NCBI GenBank assembly: GCA_965644265.1
Contig: OZ286462.1
Coordinates: 25,854,001 to 25,918,000, forward strand
Reading direction: 5' to 3'
Source: Glycera tridactyla
Taxonomy: Eukaryota
Length of the DNA: 64,000 bases
Shown: in pieces, positions 38,956 through 51,556 of the stretch
How positions within the stretch are numbered: position 1 is the first letter of the stretch
Layout of the letters: every line of letters starts with the position of its first letter
The notes under the pieces: generated by a model
What the model was told of the DNA's origin: nothing
Databases searched by the model: none
Seen by the model: the letters and a program-made list of their open reading frames with translations, nothing else
Position numbers and translations under genes: made by a program

Positions 38956-41868
38956 ATGAATAGTCCAAAAGATAATGCTATGTTTACCCCTCTTTCCCTA
39001 TCCGAGACCCCAGGCATAGCACTCGGCTGCCTCAATGTAAGAAGTATTGTTCGTAAAATAGATGAAATTCGTACTTTCCTTGATACCAGTAAAATAGACT
39101 TATTGGGCATAACAGAAACGTTCCTCAATGAATCCATAAATAACTCCGAGATCAATATCAATAATTATAATTGTATAAGACTAGATAGAGGTCGTCTTGG
39201 TGGAAAGAAAGGAGGAGGGGGGTTGTGCTTATACACAAGAGCACATTATATCTTTGAACATATTACTAGTTGGGACCTAATAACGCCAGATATTGAAATG
39301 ATATGGTGTAAACTTCTATTACCCAACTGCAGAGCTACCTTCATAGGCATTATATACAGACCACCGTCTGGCAATATCGAAAACGCTTTAGAACTACTCG
39401 AGCTTAGACTAACAGACATATATAGTGACGGAATCGCAGATGCAGTCACCCTCGGAGACATTAATCTCGACTTACTTTCACAAAATTCAGCTAAAACGAA
39501 ATATAATAAGTTTCTAAAAACATACCACTTAACACAACTTATCAAAGAGGCAACTAGAGTAACTGACCACAGTAGAACCCTTATCGATCACATTACCACC
39601 AACAGACCAGACTTATACTTAAAATCAGGTATATTAAATTTAGGCATCAGTGATCATGCCATGATTATTACAATACGTAAGAAAAAGAAAATACCTAAAA
39701 CGTCGGAATATATTTACATCAGAAGTTACCGAACGATTGATTGCGACAAGCTGAATGAGGATATCGAAGATGCTGACTGGTCATATTTCTATGAACAAAC
39801 TGAAGTTAACACTTGTGTAAAATTGTTTTATAGCATACTACTCCCGATCTGTGACAAACACTGCCCCATGAAACGATTCAAAATAAGAGACCATAAGCCA
39901 GGCTGGGTCAATAATGACTATTTTAGTCATATCGATAGAAGGCAACATTTGAGTCACAAGTATCACCAAAATCCAACAACTATAAATGCTGAACTCAAAA
40001 AGGAGGCCCAAAGAAAAGCAAATAAACTGAAACATAGACTGCAAAGAAACTATATAGATGAAAAAATTAAATCGTGTAAAGGGGACAGTGGGAAGCTGTG
40101 GCGGGTTTTAAGACAATTTTGGCCTAATAATAAAAGCAAGTCATCCATAAATAAAATTAATGATTCAACTTCGTCAGAAGAAATGGCAGACATCTTAAAT
40201 AAATTTTTTAGCTCTATTGGACAAAAAATTAACAAAAGTCTCGGACCCAGCAATTCATTAGATAATGATGACAAAAATGCAAAAGAACCATATGGAAATT
40301 TTACATTCGCGCCAATTTCTGAAATAGAGATAATGGACATTCTTAAGAAAATATCAGAATCAAAAAGCAATGGCTATGACGGTTTACCCCAGACCATGTT
40401 AAAATGGATGAGAAAATCTATAACCAAACCTCTACGTTTCATGTTCAATCTTAGCTTACAAACGTCTATTTTTCCATCTGTATGGAAAACCGCCACAATT
40501 ACACCTTTGTTCAAGGAAGGCTCAAAAAGTGATCCTTCAAACTACCGCCCTATTTCGGTTTTGAGTCCAGTCAGTAAGATTTTGGAAAGACTGGCTCACA
40601 ATCAACTATATAAGTTTATAGAAATGAATGACTTACTGAACATAGCCCAAGCAGGTTTCAGGAAGGGGTACTCCACTGCCACTTGTCTCATTAAATTCTT
40701 AGACAATATCTATAATGGAATAGAGCATGGGAAACTCAGTGGCGTCCTCTTCCTGGACCTGCGAAAGGCTTTCGACACGGTAAATCACCTAACATTATGC
40801 AAGAAACTGCAAAAATTCAATCTGGCACCAGAAACTATTGCCTGGATCAGGTCTTATCTGACCGACCGCACGTGTTGTACAAAGGTAAATGGTTTAATAT
40901 CACAACAAGAGAAAATAGACTGCGGAGTACCACAGGGGTCCATTCTTGGACCCCTTTTATTTACATTATACATTAATGATATAACCGAAGTAATAACAAA
41001 TGCTGAAGTTAATTTATATGCAGACGACACTGCTATCTGTGTAACAACGCCAGACCCAATCGAATTAGAAAATCGCTTAAACACAAACTTAAAAAATGTG
41101 GCAACTTGGCTTCTAAATAACCGACTCATGTTGAACGTCAAAAAAACCAAATGTATGTTTTTTGGCACCTCCCAAATGCTAAAAAGGGCAAAAGATGCAG
41201 TAGTCGAGTATGGGGACGAAAAGGTCGAACGGGTTTCTAGCTTCAAATACTTAGGTCTTTTACTAGATCCGACCTTAACCTTTTCTGACCATGCTAACTA
41301 CATTAAAAAACGCACTATTGGGAAAGTCAAGTATCTTGGCAGAATTCGGCCGATAGTTTCTCAAAAAATTGCTTTATATTTATTCAAAACCTTAATCGTC
41401 CCCATTTTCGACTACTGCGACATAGTTTATGATAGTCTACTACAAAGAGACGCACAACTGCTACAAAACGTCCAAAATTGCGCCCTTAGAACAATACTTA
41501 TGTGTAATAAAAGAACCCCTATAAATGAAATGCACACAGCACTTGAATTGGACAGGTTAGACATCCGAAGACAGAAACATAATGCTTGCTTCCTTTTTAA
41601 AACTCTGAAAGAGGACTACCCACCTAGTGTCAGAAATATGTTTACCTTTATACATGAGACTCATGAAAGGGATACTAGAACCAGCTCCAACAGTAATCTA
41701 AAAATACCGGCCACGAAACTAAAGAAAAGTGACGGAAACTATAAAATTAGAGCAGCCAAACTTTGGAATCAATTACCAAGAGACCTACGAGAAAGCAATT
41801 CCATTAATATTTTCCGAAATAACCTAAACAAAATGATGTCACCATGGGAACTTGGATCTATCACCTAA
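38956..41868 (+). CDS. LINE ORF2: apurinic-like endonuclease + reverse transcriptase, 970 aa, uninterrupted
   Basis: APE motifs CLNVRS, GITET, IYRPP, GDINLD, LIDH, SDH. RT motifs NYRPISVL, QAGFRKG, FLDLRKAFDTV, GVPQGSILGPLLF, YADDT, FKYLG. No C-terminal CCHC knuckle, consistent with the CR1/L2 group. Confidence 0.97.
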   Translation: MNSPKDNAMFTPLSLSETPGIALGCLNVRSIVRKIDEIRTFLDTSKIDLLGITETFLNESINNSEININNYNCIRLDRGRLGGKKGGGGLCLYTRAHYIFEHITSWDLITPDIEMIWCKLLLPNCRATFIGIIYRPPSGNIENALELLELRLTDIYSDGIADAVTLGDINLDLLSQNSAKTKYNKFLKTYHLTQLIKEATRVTDHSRTLIDHITTNRPDLYLKSGILNLGISDHAMIITIRKKKKIPKTSEYIYIRSYRTIDCDKLNEDIEDADWSYFYEQTEVNTCVKLFYSILLPICDKHCPMKRFKIRDHKPGWVNNDYFSHIDRRQHLSHKYHQNPTTINAELKKEAQRKANKLKHRLQRNYIDEKIKSCKGDSGKLWRVLRQFWPNNKSKSSINKINDSTSSEEMADILNKFFSSIGQKINKSLGPSNSLDNDDKNAKEPYGNFTFAPISEIEIMDILKKISESKSNGYDGLPQTMLKWMRKSITKPLRFMFNLSLQTSIFPSVWKTATITPLFKEGSKSDPSNYRPISVLSPVSKILERLAHNQLYKFIEMNDLLNIAQAGFRKGYSTATCLIKFLDNIYNGIEHGKLSGVLFLDLRKAFDTVNHLTLCKKLQKFNLAPETIAWIRSYLTDRTCCTKVNGLISQQEKIDCGVPQGSILGPLLFTLYINDITEVITNAEVNLYADDTAICVTTPDPIELENRLNTNLKNVATWLLNNRLMLNVKKTKCMFFGTSQMLKRAKDAVVEYGDEKVERVSSFKYLGLLLDPTLTFSDHANYIKKRTIGKVKYLGRIRPIVSQKIALYLFKTLIVPIFDYCDIVYDSLLQRDAQLLQNVQNCALRTILMCNKRTPINEMHTALELDRLDIRRQKHNACFLFKTLKEDYPPSVRNMFTFIHETHERDTRTSSNSNLKIPATKLKKSDGNYKIRAAKLWNQLPRDLRESNSINIFRNNLNKMMSPWELGSIT

Positions 41869-42426
41869 CAATAAATCTCTCTATGCTCCTCACACATCAC
41901 ACAGCCCCGGATCGCCTTTCCTACTACTAAATACTCTAATACTAATGTGAATATTCATGAGGACACCTATACTGACTTCCATGCTCACCCCTGCAATATC
42001 CAATCAGGACTTAGCACTTTATTCTAATTTCTCTCTTTTCACTCTTGTCACTACTATGTTTGCTATTATATGAAAATTGAATGATAGTAATATATCTGTT
42101 TCTTTCACTTGTTCTTTCTCCTTTCTATTCCACCTTACGTACATGAGAAATTTTAGATAAAAAATGCTTTTTCTTATTAATTAGTCTATTAAATAGACTA
42201 ACTGTACTTAGTGTACATACGCAACTAAACGAATCGAACATGAATATAATATGAGAACAAATGTATCTTGTCATCCGAACTAACAAACTAACCATATATG
42301 TAAATACCTACTAAAACCTCGTAACCGCCGTAAAAAGCTCACTTGAGCTAAATGCGGATGTACATATGTTTTCTGTACTGTACTGTATACGAGTTTAAAT
42401 AAAGTTGTTTGAATTGAATTGAATTT
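38956..42426 (+). mobile_element. Non-LTR retrotransposon (CR1/L2 group), 5' boundary not defined
   Basis: Intact ORF2, ~530 nt 3' UTR, stem-loop at 42328-42357, AATAAA at 42398-42403, and a short (GAATT)3 tail at 42411-42425. No target-site duplication was found by eye. Confidence 0.9.
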
Positions 42427-43051
42427 GACCTGATAATATCAGGGTAGTCCAAAGAAGAAAATGCCAAGCACATTTCATCTCCCATTAACAGAATGTAGAG
42501 GTTCATAAATCACCAACAGCTGGGGTACACGCTAACCATCAGATTCTTTTTACAATGACATCACGTACGACATCACGTACGCCGTTACCACAGACTAGAA
42601 AGCGAATGTATTGAGCTTTGGACACGGTGACAACAATAATCAATAGTGGCATGTGTGCGCGATATGAGTTCAAATATGGGGTTTGAGGATGATGGATGAG
42701 CATGTCAATATCAGGCAGTAGATGGCGTTTTATGATGAGTGCCACCTAGCGATTCAAGCCAGAACTGATCGAGTGGTTGATAGAACGCAGGCTCGGGAAT
42801 CGGGATGTTGTGGTGTTGACCTCGAGATGGATGAAGATGGAGGTATTTGGAAGCCACACAAGATTCGATCATTTCAATTCCTTGCAGACTCATACATTTA
42901 CTACTTTTTTGAGTATGTTTATGAGTGCTGATCCGTACTTCCTGAATCATGTCACATCTCATTGGACCACTAGAACTACCAAAACGTCCTCGCCAGTGGA
43001 AGAGATATATCTTCGGAGATGGAAACCAGATGGAAATCTGATGATATACTC

Positions 43052-43292
43052 GGCCAATATGGCCAATTACCTGGCCGATATGGTGACAAACGTTGACAAT
43101 AGGGTGGTACACCTAGCAAATAGTGTGAAATACTAGGCCGATATGGTGACATACTTGATAAAAATGGCGAATTGCGAGACCAATATAGTGGCACGCCTAG
43201 CCATTATGTTGGCATATCTAACCAAATTAGCGACTTACGTAGCCAATATGGTGAAATGCGTAACCAATAATGTGACATACGCAGCAATATGG
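43052..43292 (+). repeat. Degenerate 21-bp tandem repeat, ~11.5 copies (consensus rgccaatatggtgacatacct)
   Basis: Exact 21-nt register from 43052 to 43282 without indels; translates to heptads of the ANMVTYL type. Confidence 0.8.
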
Positions 43293-46200
43293 CGAAATAT
43301 ACTGACAAGAAGTGATGAAATTCTTTCGAATTACTGTCTCCGAAATGGTCCAAGGAATGGATGGCGTCGTAGTTCCGTACTTGTACCACAAGGTGTGCGT
43401 GGTGATTAGTGGTGGGTGACATCTCACGTTCGACAAGTGAAACAGATGTGGATGATGGCGACAAATGCGAAGGTGGCGTCTATGAATGGATGAATTGCTA
43501 CGTTGGTTTCATCTCCGATCAAAAACATTTGCTGCAACATACAAGAGGCTAGCATGAGAAAACTGTCTTCAGTACCGAAGACAGATTCTGAAATTGGCTA
43601 TGGAAAACGGAAAGAAAGAATATCATATTCCATCACCTATCCCCATTGAAATTGATCCTTATTGATCACATTATGTTGAAATTCTTTCGTGTCCCGTTAC
43701 AGCTGCTAGTGTGTCATCGATATTCTAGAGTCCTGAATCTCATGAGTTACCACGAAATTCTCATGAATGTGGCTGTAAATGACACAGTAGGTCCGAACTG
43801 GGTCGTCAAGTTCTGTATGATGGTTCGTTCGAAAATTGGTCCAGAATCAAACTACATCAATATCAATTCAATTCGGTCCATTTGATCGATTTTCACAGCA
43901 GGTAGGATGTTGAAAATCATAATGTTATCAAAACGCTCAGGATATTCGAGACGCTTATGGCGAGTCACAAGAATTATGATGAAAAGATATTATGACAATG
44001 GACAGATCCTAAAAATTGTGTAATATACCAAAACGAAAACCTGTGTCATGATGATGATATGCTATCTGTATGCCGATGATCACGTCATGTGCCATACGGT
44101 GGATACTTTTATCAATTCCACTGGGCCCTCTGGCCCCAAGAAGCCTGTGCATAGATATTTCCATCGAATATAATGCGGATCTTCCTTGGTCATGATTCCT
44201 CATGAATTTCATTTAAAAAGATCGAATATGTAGGGTACATGTCCATGTGATAATGCGTTATTGATTTATGCCGAAATATTATAGATATTCTCTCAAATTA
44301 TCAATCCCCTGTTTGATTGATGATTAAATAGATCTGCATGCATATCGAAAAGCAACATCTGAGTTCTAAATCCCCTATTTTGCATTGGATACCAGTCTTC
44401 GAATTTAGCTCTCTCCCGAATCTCAGGAAGAGTGAATTCGGTTTCGGGAGAGTGAAAGTACCAAATTCCCTCTACCAATGAGAGAATGTAATGTTTTCAG
44501 ATGATCATGAAGTGATGAATTTAATGTGAAGACTGAACTCCATAGTTTTGACTTTGCATATACCTGCATAACATTGATTCCGAAGAACGAACATCAGCCA
44601 AAAAAAACGTTGGTGACACTGAGGTAGTCACTGGTATGACATTTGAGTTGGAAATCACGTCTTGATAAAGCGTTCACTCCCATGGAAGTTGTGCTCTCAA
44701 GATTTTCCTTTTACTAATTTTGGAGAGGAAAATATGTTTTCGGGAGAGTGATTATTCCCGTCTGTTCTCCCGATGGGAAACAGGCTAGAAAATATTTCTG
44801 TGAAGACTGGGATACCTACGTCAGGTAAAGTTTCATCATGCTATGGTCATTTTCAACCATCTGTCGTATCATCTCAGCCAGGTTATTTTGCTTGGTGTTA
44901 TTGCGCTATATTTGATCAGAAAACAAAGCCCAGTGGGTTCAATCCCCTCAAGGCTCACATGGAAGGTATTCACCCCTGTCAAAGTTGGAAGTAGGCATGA
45001 TGACTAGACTTATACTTCGTATCACATTTCGAGCAAGATGAAGAACGATAGGCATTCAATGGTATTATGCAATATATCATGACCAGATCTTCTACTGAAA
45101 GAATTCAACTCTCAATCAATGTGATATGTACAAAGTGTTTCATATCGAAACATTTCAGCTGTTAGTCTACAAGATATTGTATATCAGTCCTACTGAAGCA
45201 ACGTTTCATCTGTCAATCACATCGTTATATACATGAGATTGTGTACTGATCTCAAGGGTGAAACATTTCAGTTGCCGATCAAAGTGATGTATACATGTAG
45301 TGAAATACACATATGATCCTCTAGATGTCATTCCTCTCGATGAAATATTTTAGTAGCCATTCAAAGTGGTATATACTTGTTATTGGATATCATGGAAATG
45401 CCATAAGTCACCTATATAGGGATTTTTGTATTGAGTCATTTTAGAAAATATTGAAATAAGTACAAATAAGAAAATGGGAATGAATGTATAAGAAAGTTAT
45501 AAACATATCAAAAAAACTGAGTGAGGGTCACATTGAATCCTATTTCATCTCCTTCTGAAGAGCATGTGATACACACAGCTTCCCCCACCATCCCCACTGT
45601 TGAAGACTGTCTTCGTTTTTACCATTTGGGTCTTCCTCAAATGACAATCCTGAACAGCACATTGATCCTAGACTGATGTTGGTCGTCCAGTAATATAACA
45701 GCCATACNNNNNNNNNNNNNNNNNNNNNNNNNNNNNNNNNNNNNNNNNNNNNNNNNNNNNNNNNNNNNNNNNNNNNNNNNNNNNNNNNNNNNNNNNNNNN
45801 NNNNNNNNNNNNNNNNNNNNNNNNNNNNNNNNNNNNNNNNNNNNNNNNNNNNNNNNNNNNNNNNNNNNNNNNNNNNNNNNNNNNNNNNNNNNNNNNNNNN
45901 NNNNNNNNNNNNNNNNNTCTCTCTTCAGTACTCTCTTTCACTCTGTCGCTATATCTCTGTGTGTGTGTGCGTGTGTGTGTCGGGCTGTATGTCAGTATGT
46001 CTGTTTGTCTGCCTGTCTGTCTGTCCATTTGTCTGGTTTTGTCTCTGTCGCTCTTTCTATCTGTTTTCCCTTCTTTCACCATCTCTCTTGAGACCCGAAA
46101 AGAGTAAGCTGACGATACTACCCCTACGACAGGCTGATGCTATTTTATCAGGGAGGATCGGATTCAGAGATGTATTTCCGGAGACAAAACAGGATCCATG

Positions 46201-46914
46201 TGGAACAGAATGAAAGCAACCTACAGTTACCTACAGACTAATACGACCACTATATGGCTGATAGCATTGCTATCAATCGAGGAGCGAATCATTCTTCAAT
46301 TCCTCATGAGCTATTTCACGAAAAATCATGAAGCAATGCTTTGGGAACAAAGTGCTATGAAGATGATAAAGAAGGTGAAAAATGAATATCTTAATTTTTC
46401 GCGATAGCATGGAATATCTACTTGCGAATTGGAGAAATGAAAATTTCTCAATTGTACCCCGATGTCCATTTTTGGTCTGGTCAATGATGAGTTATCATCA
46501 CCTCAATGCTATAAGATATATACTTTGAAGCAACTGCATCTTTGATTTGACGTGGGGTAATATGTGCTTGGATGCAAGTATCTCATCCGGTGGTTGTACA
46601 GATGGATGATGTGAGAATAGGGTAAGGTTAAATAGGGAGAGAAACTATGTTAGTTGTGCTCAAAGAGGGGGTGATAATTATGAACATACCTTCATAATAC
46701 ATTGTCCTCTCCATGGTACAACTCTTACTCTGCAAAAGATGGGCCAAGTAGACCATGTTAATAGCCACTCTCATGATACATACATTTATATGTCCATATC
46801 AATGAACAGATTCCAATCACCACTTTGATAATAACCAACGAAAGAGAATGGAAACTTAAAGCAAATAAATAGTGGTTTGGTAACTTTTGTTATGTTTTGC
46901 CTAATTTTCATCAA

Positions 46915-48005
46915 CCATTCAGTATGCCAAATCTAACTCCATACTACAGCCATGCCACTACATTGCTTTCATACTAATGATATTATTTTCTCATTTCATT
47001 ATTCAGAAAAGGAATGCCGAAGTCACACCTATTCTCATTGTGTGAGAAAACTCAGTGAGAATTCCTGTAATATGATAGCTAAACGAACTGCTGGTTTGTT
47101 TGATAATTATCAAAACTTCAGTTTGAACTCAAATAAGCATGAATAGGTGGACAATTATCGGCCATTGTACATCAAAAGTCATGAGTGCGAAGGAAGAAAA
47201 CGCAAGATGGAGTCCCTCATTGAAAGTATATGCTCTAGAATTACAGATATCCAATTCACTTGAGCATCACAAACATCAAATGTTCATGAAATCAGAGTCA
47301 TTATGATTCTACAACAAATTGCAATTCTCTTCATGAAACGTAAAAATATAAAATCTCGGATTGGTGACTGACGAGTTGCCACGTCGACACATTATATTTT
47401 GTCGTGATGGCCAGTTTTGGCTCCACCTGAGTGATTAATATGATCACTGAATAGTGCGATGAATATCGTTGCATATATTTCATCTCACTGTTCAATTTCA
47501 ATATTGATGCAAGATAGGGATGAAATCCAACAGAATCTAGTGAATCATTGATTGAATGTGCGCCACTGACACATATCGTGTGACGTCATGATGCATTTTG
47601 CTGAGTCAATGGGTGTGAGTTCGATTATTATTGTGTTCAACCTCCTTTATTGAAGAGATCAGATATTTCTGCTGAATTTCATTTGGGCCACAATCAACTT
47701 TGAAATGGAGCATATAATACGTTTTTGTGTGTATGTGAGGTGTGTGAATCACACAAACAAGCATGTTGTCTGTACATGGTCCCCAATATGCTCATCAAGA
47801 GAGTTTGAAAACAGAAACAAAATAGAACTTCGGAAAATAAGTCACACGTATCAATAGATAATCACAAGAAAGGGAATGGAGATACGATAGGACAACAAAG
47901 AAAAATTCTCTCGAGAAGGATTGGTTGTTGAGGTTGTTGTGGTGATTGTGATGGTGGTGGTGGTAGTGTTGGTGGTGGTAGCGGTGATGGTGGTGAAGAT
48001 TGAGG

Positions 48006-48039
<34 letters not shown>

Positions 48040-49366
48040 CGATACGGTGAAACAGCTTCAAAAACCCATCTGAACAAAACCCATTCAGTATGCCAAATCT
48101 AACTCCATACTACAGCCATGCCACGACATTGCTTTCATACTATTATTTTCTCATTTCATTATTCAGAAAAGGAATGCCGGAGATCACACCGATTCTCATC
48201 TTGTGAGAATACTCAGTGAGATTTCCTGTAATATGATAGCTGAACGAACTGCTGATTTGTTGGACTGATAATTATTCAAACTTCGGTTTGAACTCAAGTA
48301 AGCATGAATAGGTAGACAATTATCGGCCATTGTACATGAAAAGTCATGAGTCGAAAGGGAGAAAACGCAAGATGGAGTCCCTCATTGAAAGTATATGATC
48401 TAGGATTACAGATATGCAATTCACTTGAGCATCACAAACATCAAATGTTCATGAAATCAGAGTCATTGTGATTCCACAACAAATTGCAATTCTCTTCATG
48501 AAACGTAAAAATATAAAATCTCGGATTGGTGACTGACGAGTTGCCACGTCGACACATTATATTTTGTCGTGATGGCCAGTTTTGGCTCCACCTGAGTGAT
48601 TAATATGATCACTGAATAGTGCGATGAATATCGTTGCATATATTTCACCTCACTGTTCAATTTCAATATTGATGCAAGATAGGGATGAAATCCAACAGAA
48701 TCTAGTGAATCATTGATTGAATGTGCGCCACTGACACATATCGTGTGACGTCATGATGCATTTTGCTGAGTCAATGGGTGTGAGTTCGATTATTATTGTG
48801 TTCAACCTCCTTTATTGAAGAGATCAGATATTTCTGCTGAATTTCATTTGGGCCACAATTAACTTTGAAATGGAGCATATAATACGTTTTTGTGTGTATG
48901 TGAGGTGTGTGAATCACACAAACAAGCATGTTGTCTGTACATGGTCCCCAATATGCTCATCAAGAGAGTTTGAAAACAGAAACAAAATAGAACTTCGGAA
49001 AATAAGTCACACGTATCAATAGATAATCACAAGAAAGGGAATGGAGATACGATAGGACAACAAAGAAAAATTCTCTCGAGAAGGATTGGTTGTTGTGGTT
49101 GTTGTGGTGATTGTGATGGTGGTGGTGGTAGTGTTGGTGGTGGTAGCGGTGATGGTGNNNNNNNNNNNNNNNNNNNNNNNNNNNNNNNNNNNNNNNNNNN
49201 NNNNNNNNNNNNNNNNNNNNNNNNNNNNNNNNNNNNNNNNNNNNNNNNNNNNNNNNNNNNNNNNNNNNNNNNNNNNNNNNNNNNNNNNNNNNNNNNNNNN
49301 NNNNNNNNNNNNNNNNNNNNNNNNNNNNNNNNNNNNNNNNNNNNNNCTTCAAAAACCCATCTGAAC
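46915..49366. repeat. Direct tandem duplication of ~1.16 kb (46915-48075 and 48081-49366)
   Basis: Both copies start ccattcagtatgccaaatct and end aaaacccatctgaac. The second copy contains the 49158-49346 gap where the first has a (GAT)n run. Confidence 0.95.
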
Positions 49367-50061
49367 ATCTGATCAATGTCAACCGACGGAGAGAACCTAC
49401 ACTGGAACACTCGGTGAGAATGCATGTCGATGGAAAATCTTATCCGTATCTGAGCTTGCTGGTATAGACTAGATCGTATCAGCCCCTCACGACATTTTCA
49501 AAACACATTTGAACTCATTGTAAATAGCCTAGCACCAAATGATTTAGGACTCATCGATTCATTCCATTTTCGGTGTGTATGAAATATGATAGAGAGAGAG
49601 GGAGAAAGAGAGGAGAGGGGGGAGGTCAGAAGCGGACAGCATAAAGACACAAACAGGGACATATACACAAAAGTAGAGAGAGATACATGAGACATGTACA
49701 GACGTGGTGATATGATTTCGTAAGCCGGTTGTTGATTAGATACACAGGGAAAGACAGAGACTGACTGGTGGGGTAGCCTGACACACTGACACAAGGGCAG
49801 GGAGACGAAGGGAAAGGGAGATACTGAGTGGAAATGGAGTGAATAGATGGATAGCGAAGGCCAGGGGCACACAGAAGACACACTCAGAGAATGCTAAAAA
49901 ATGCATTCGGGCCTGCGCATGTGTGGTGTTTTGAAGAGATAGACATCAGTGGAAAGTTACGTTAATACAAATGGATATTAGTAAGTCGCTCAGTGGGTAA
50001 ATATTGGGGATGGAGGATAGGAGAGCCACAAGTAGAGGAGAAATACTGAGACGTCACTTAC

Positions 50062-50190
50062 CGGATTTGAAAAATTGACGTTGGTTCTGACTGGTCTGTT
50101 AGCGAGGGACATTGTAGGCCGCCCGTTATTCTCCATGCTGTACTTGGGGTTCCTCGCATCGCCCTGCATCATACTACGCAGTATCTCTAT
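50062..50190 (-). CDS. CA10: Carbonic anhydrase-related protein (CA10/CA11-like) exon
   Basis: Minus-strand acceptor cctgcttgcag, donor CCG|gtaagt, 129 nt, phase 0-0. Encodes IEILRSMMQGDARNPKYSMENNGRPTMSLANRPVRTNVNFSNP, matching the alpha-CA C-terminal N-x-R-P...N-R...RTN motif seen in CARPs. Confidence 0.88.
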
Positions 50191-51132
50191 CTGCAAGCAG
50201 GATACATTGCATTCAACACGGTGACCCCTCAAAATGCAAGGAAATGGCATATAATGAACCCTGAACGTCTCCAACGCGGGGATCCCCACGCCCATCCGCC
50301 AGATAAAAACACTATCATGTGGATATATCCGTATCAGGAATAGAAGGACGAATAGAAAATTGAACTAACACATTGCTAAACAAATTATATATCTCTGAAA
50401 CTTATATTTGGGATCAACTTCCATGATAGCCTTTCTATGCATTCAATCTGCTGATTTCTACACTGAGCACAATATCTGAAAAAGAGGATGAAGTATTTTT
50501 GGCATCAATAGTAAATGTCTGAAAAAGACAAGGCTATCTCTGATATAACTAGCAATATTCCATAATACCTGGTAGAGTTGAAGCATCCTTTCGAGCACTA
50601 TTGCATAGGGACTGAAATAAATGAAGCAGTGTCTCTTGAATAGCCAGTACTATTCCATAATGTCAGGAGTTAGGACACAGTATTTTTGGCATGACCGGCA
50701 CTATTGCATGATATTGAGAAAGATTAGGCAATATCTCTGGCACAATAACACAATTGCATCAAGTCTAGATAAATGTGTCAGCATTCCTGACATGACCAGC
50801 ACTAACGCATAATGTCTCAGGAATATGAGGCAGCATCTCTGGCATAAACTGCATCATTGGATAATGCAAGTAAGACACGAGAAAGTATCTCTGGCATATT
50901 CAGTCCTTTTGCTTATGTCTGGAAAAGATGTGGCAGTATAGCTGACATGACCTGCACTGTGGCATAGTGAGTATGTGACATTATATCTGACATTAGATGC
51001 ATCATTGTGCAATGCCTGGAAGCTATGAGGCAGTATCTCTAGGATGACTAGTCACTTTTGCCTTATGTCTGGAAATATGTGACAGCATCTTTGCCATGAA
51101 CTGCATCATTGCATATCGCTTGCGAAGTATGA

Positions 51133-51556
51133 GACAGTATCTCTGGTATAAACCGGCACTATTGCCTTATGTCTGGAAAATATGTGACAGTATCTCTGGT
51201 ATAAACCGGCACTATTGCCTTATGTCTGGAAAATATGTGACAGTATCTCTGGTATAAACCGGCACTATTGCCTTATGTCTGGAAAATATGTGACAGTATC
51301 TCTGGTATAAACCGGCACTATTGCCTTATGTCTGGAAAATATGTGACAGTATCTCTGGTATAAACCGGCACTATCGCCTTATGTCTGGAAAATATGTGAC
51401 AGTATCTCTGGTATAAACCGGCACTATTGCCTTATGTCTGGAAAATATGTGACAGTATCTCTGGTATAAACCGGCACCATTGCCTTATGTCTGGAAAATA
51501 TGTGACAGAATCTCTGGTATAAACCGGCACTATTGCCTTATGTCTGGGAAATATGT
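51133..51556. repeat. Minisatellite, 53-bp unit x8 near-perfect, with degenerate flanking copies (~50490-51700 and ~51995-52130)
   Basis: Unit gacagtatctctggtataaaccggcactattgccttatgtctggaaaatatgt starting at 51133, 51186 ... 51504. Confidence 0.95.

Noticed and set aside
39246-41246. Minus-strand ORFs of 68-130 aa within the LINE
   Set aside because: Antisense shadows of the A-rich ORF2.
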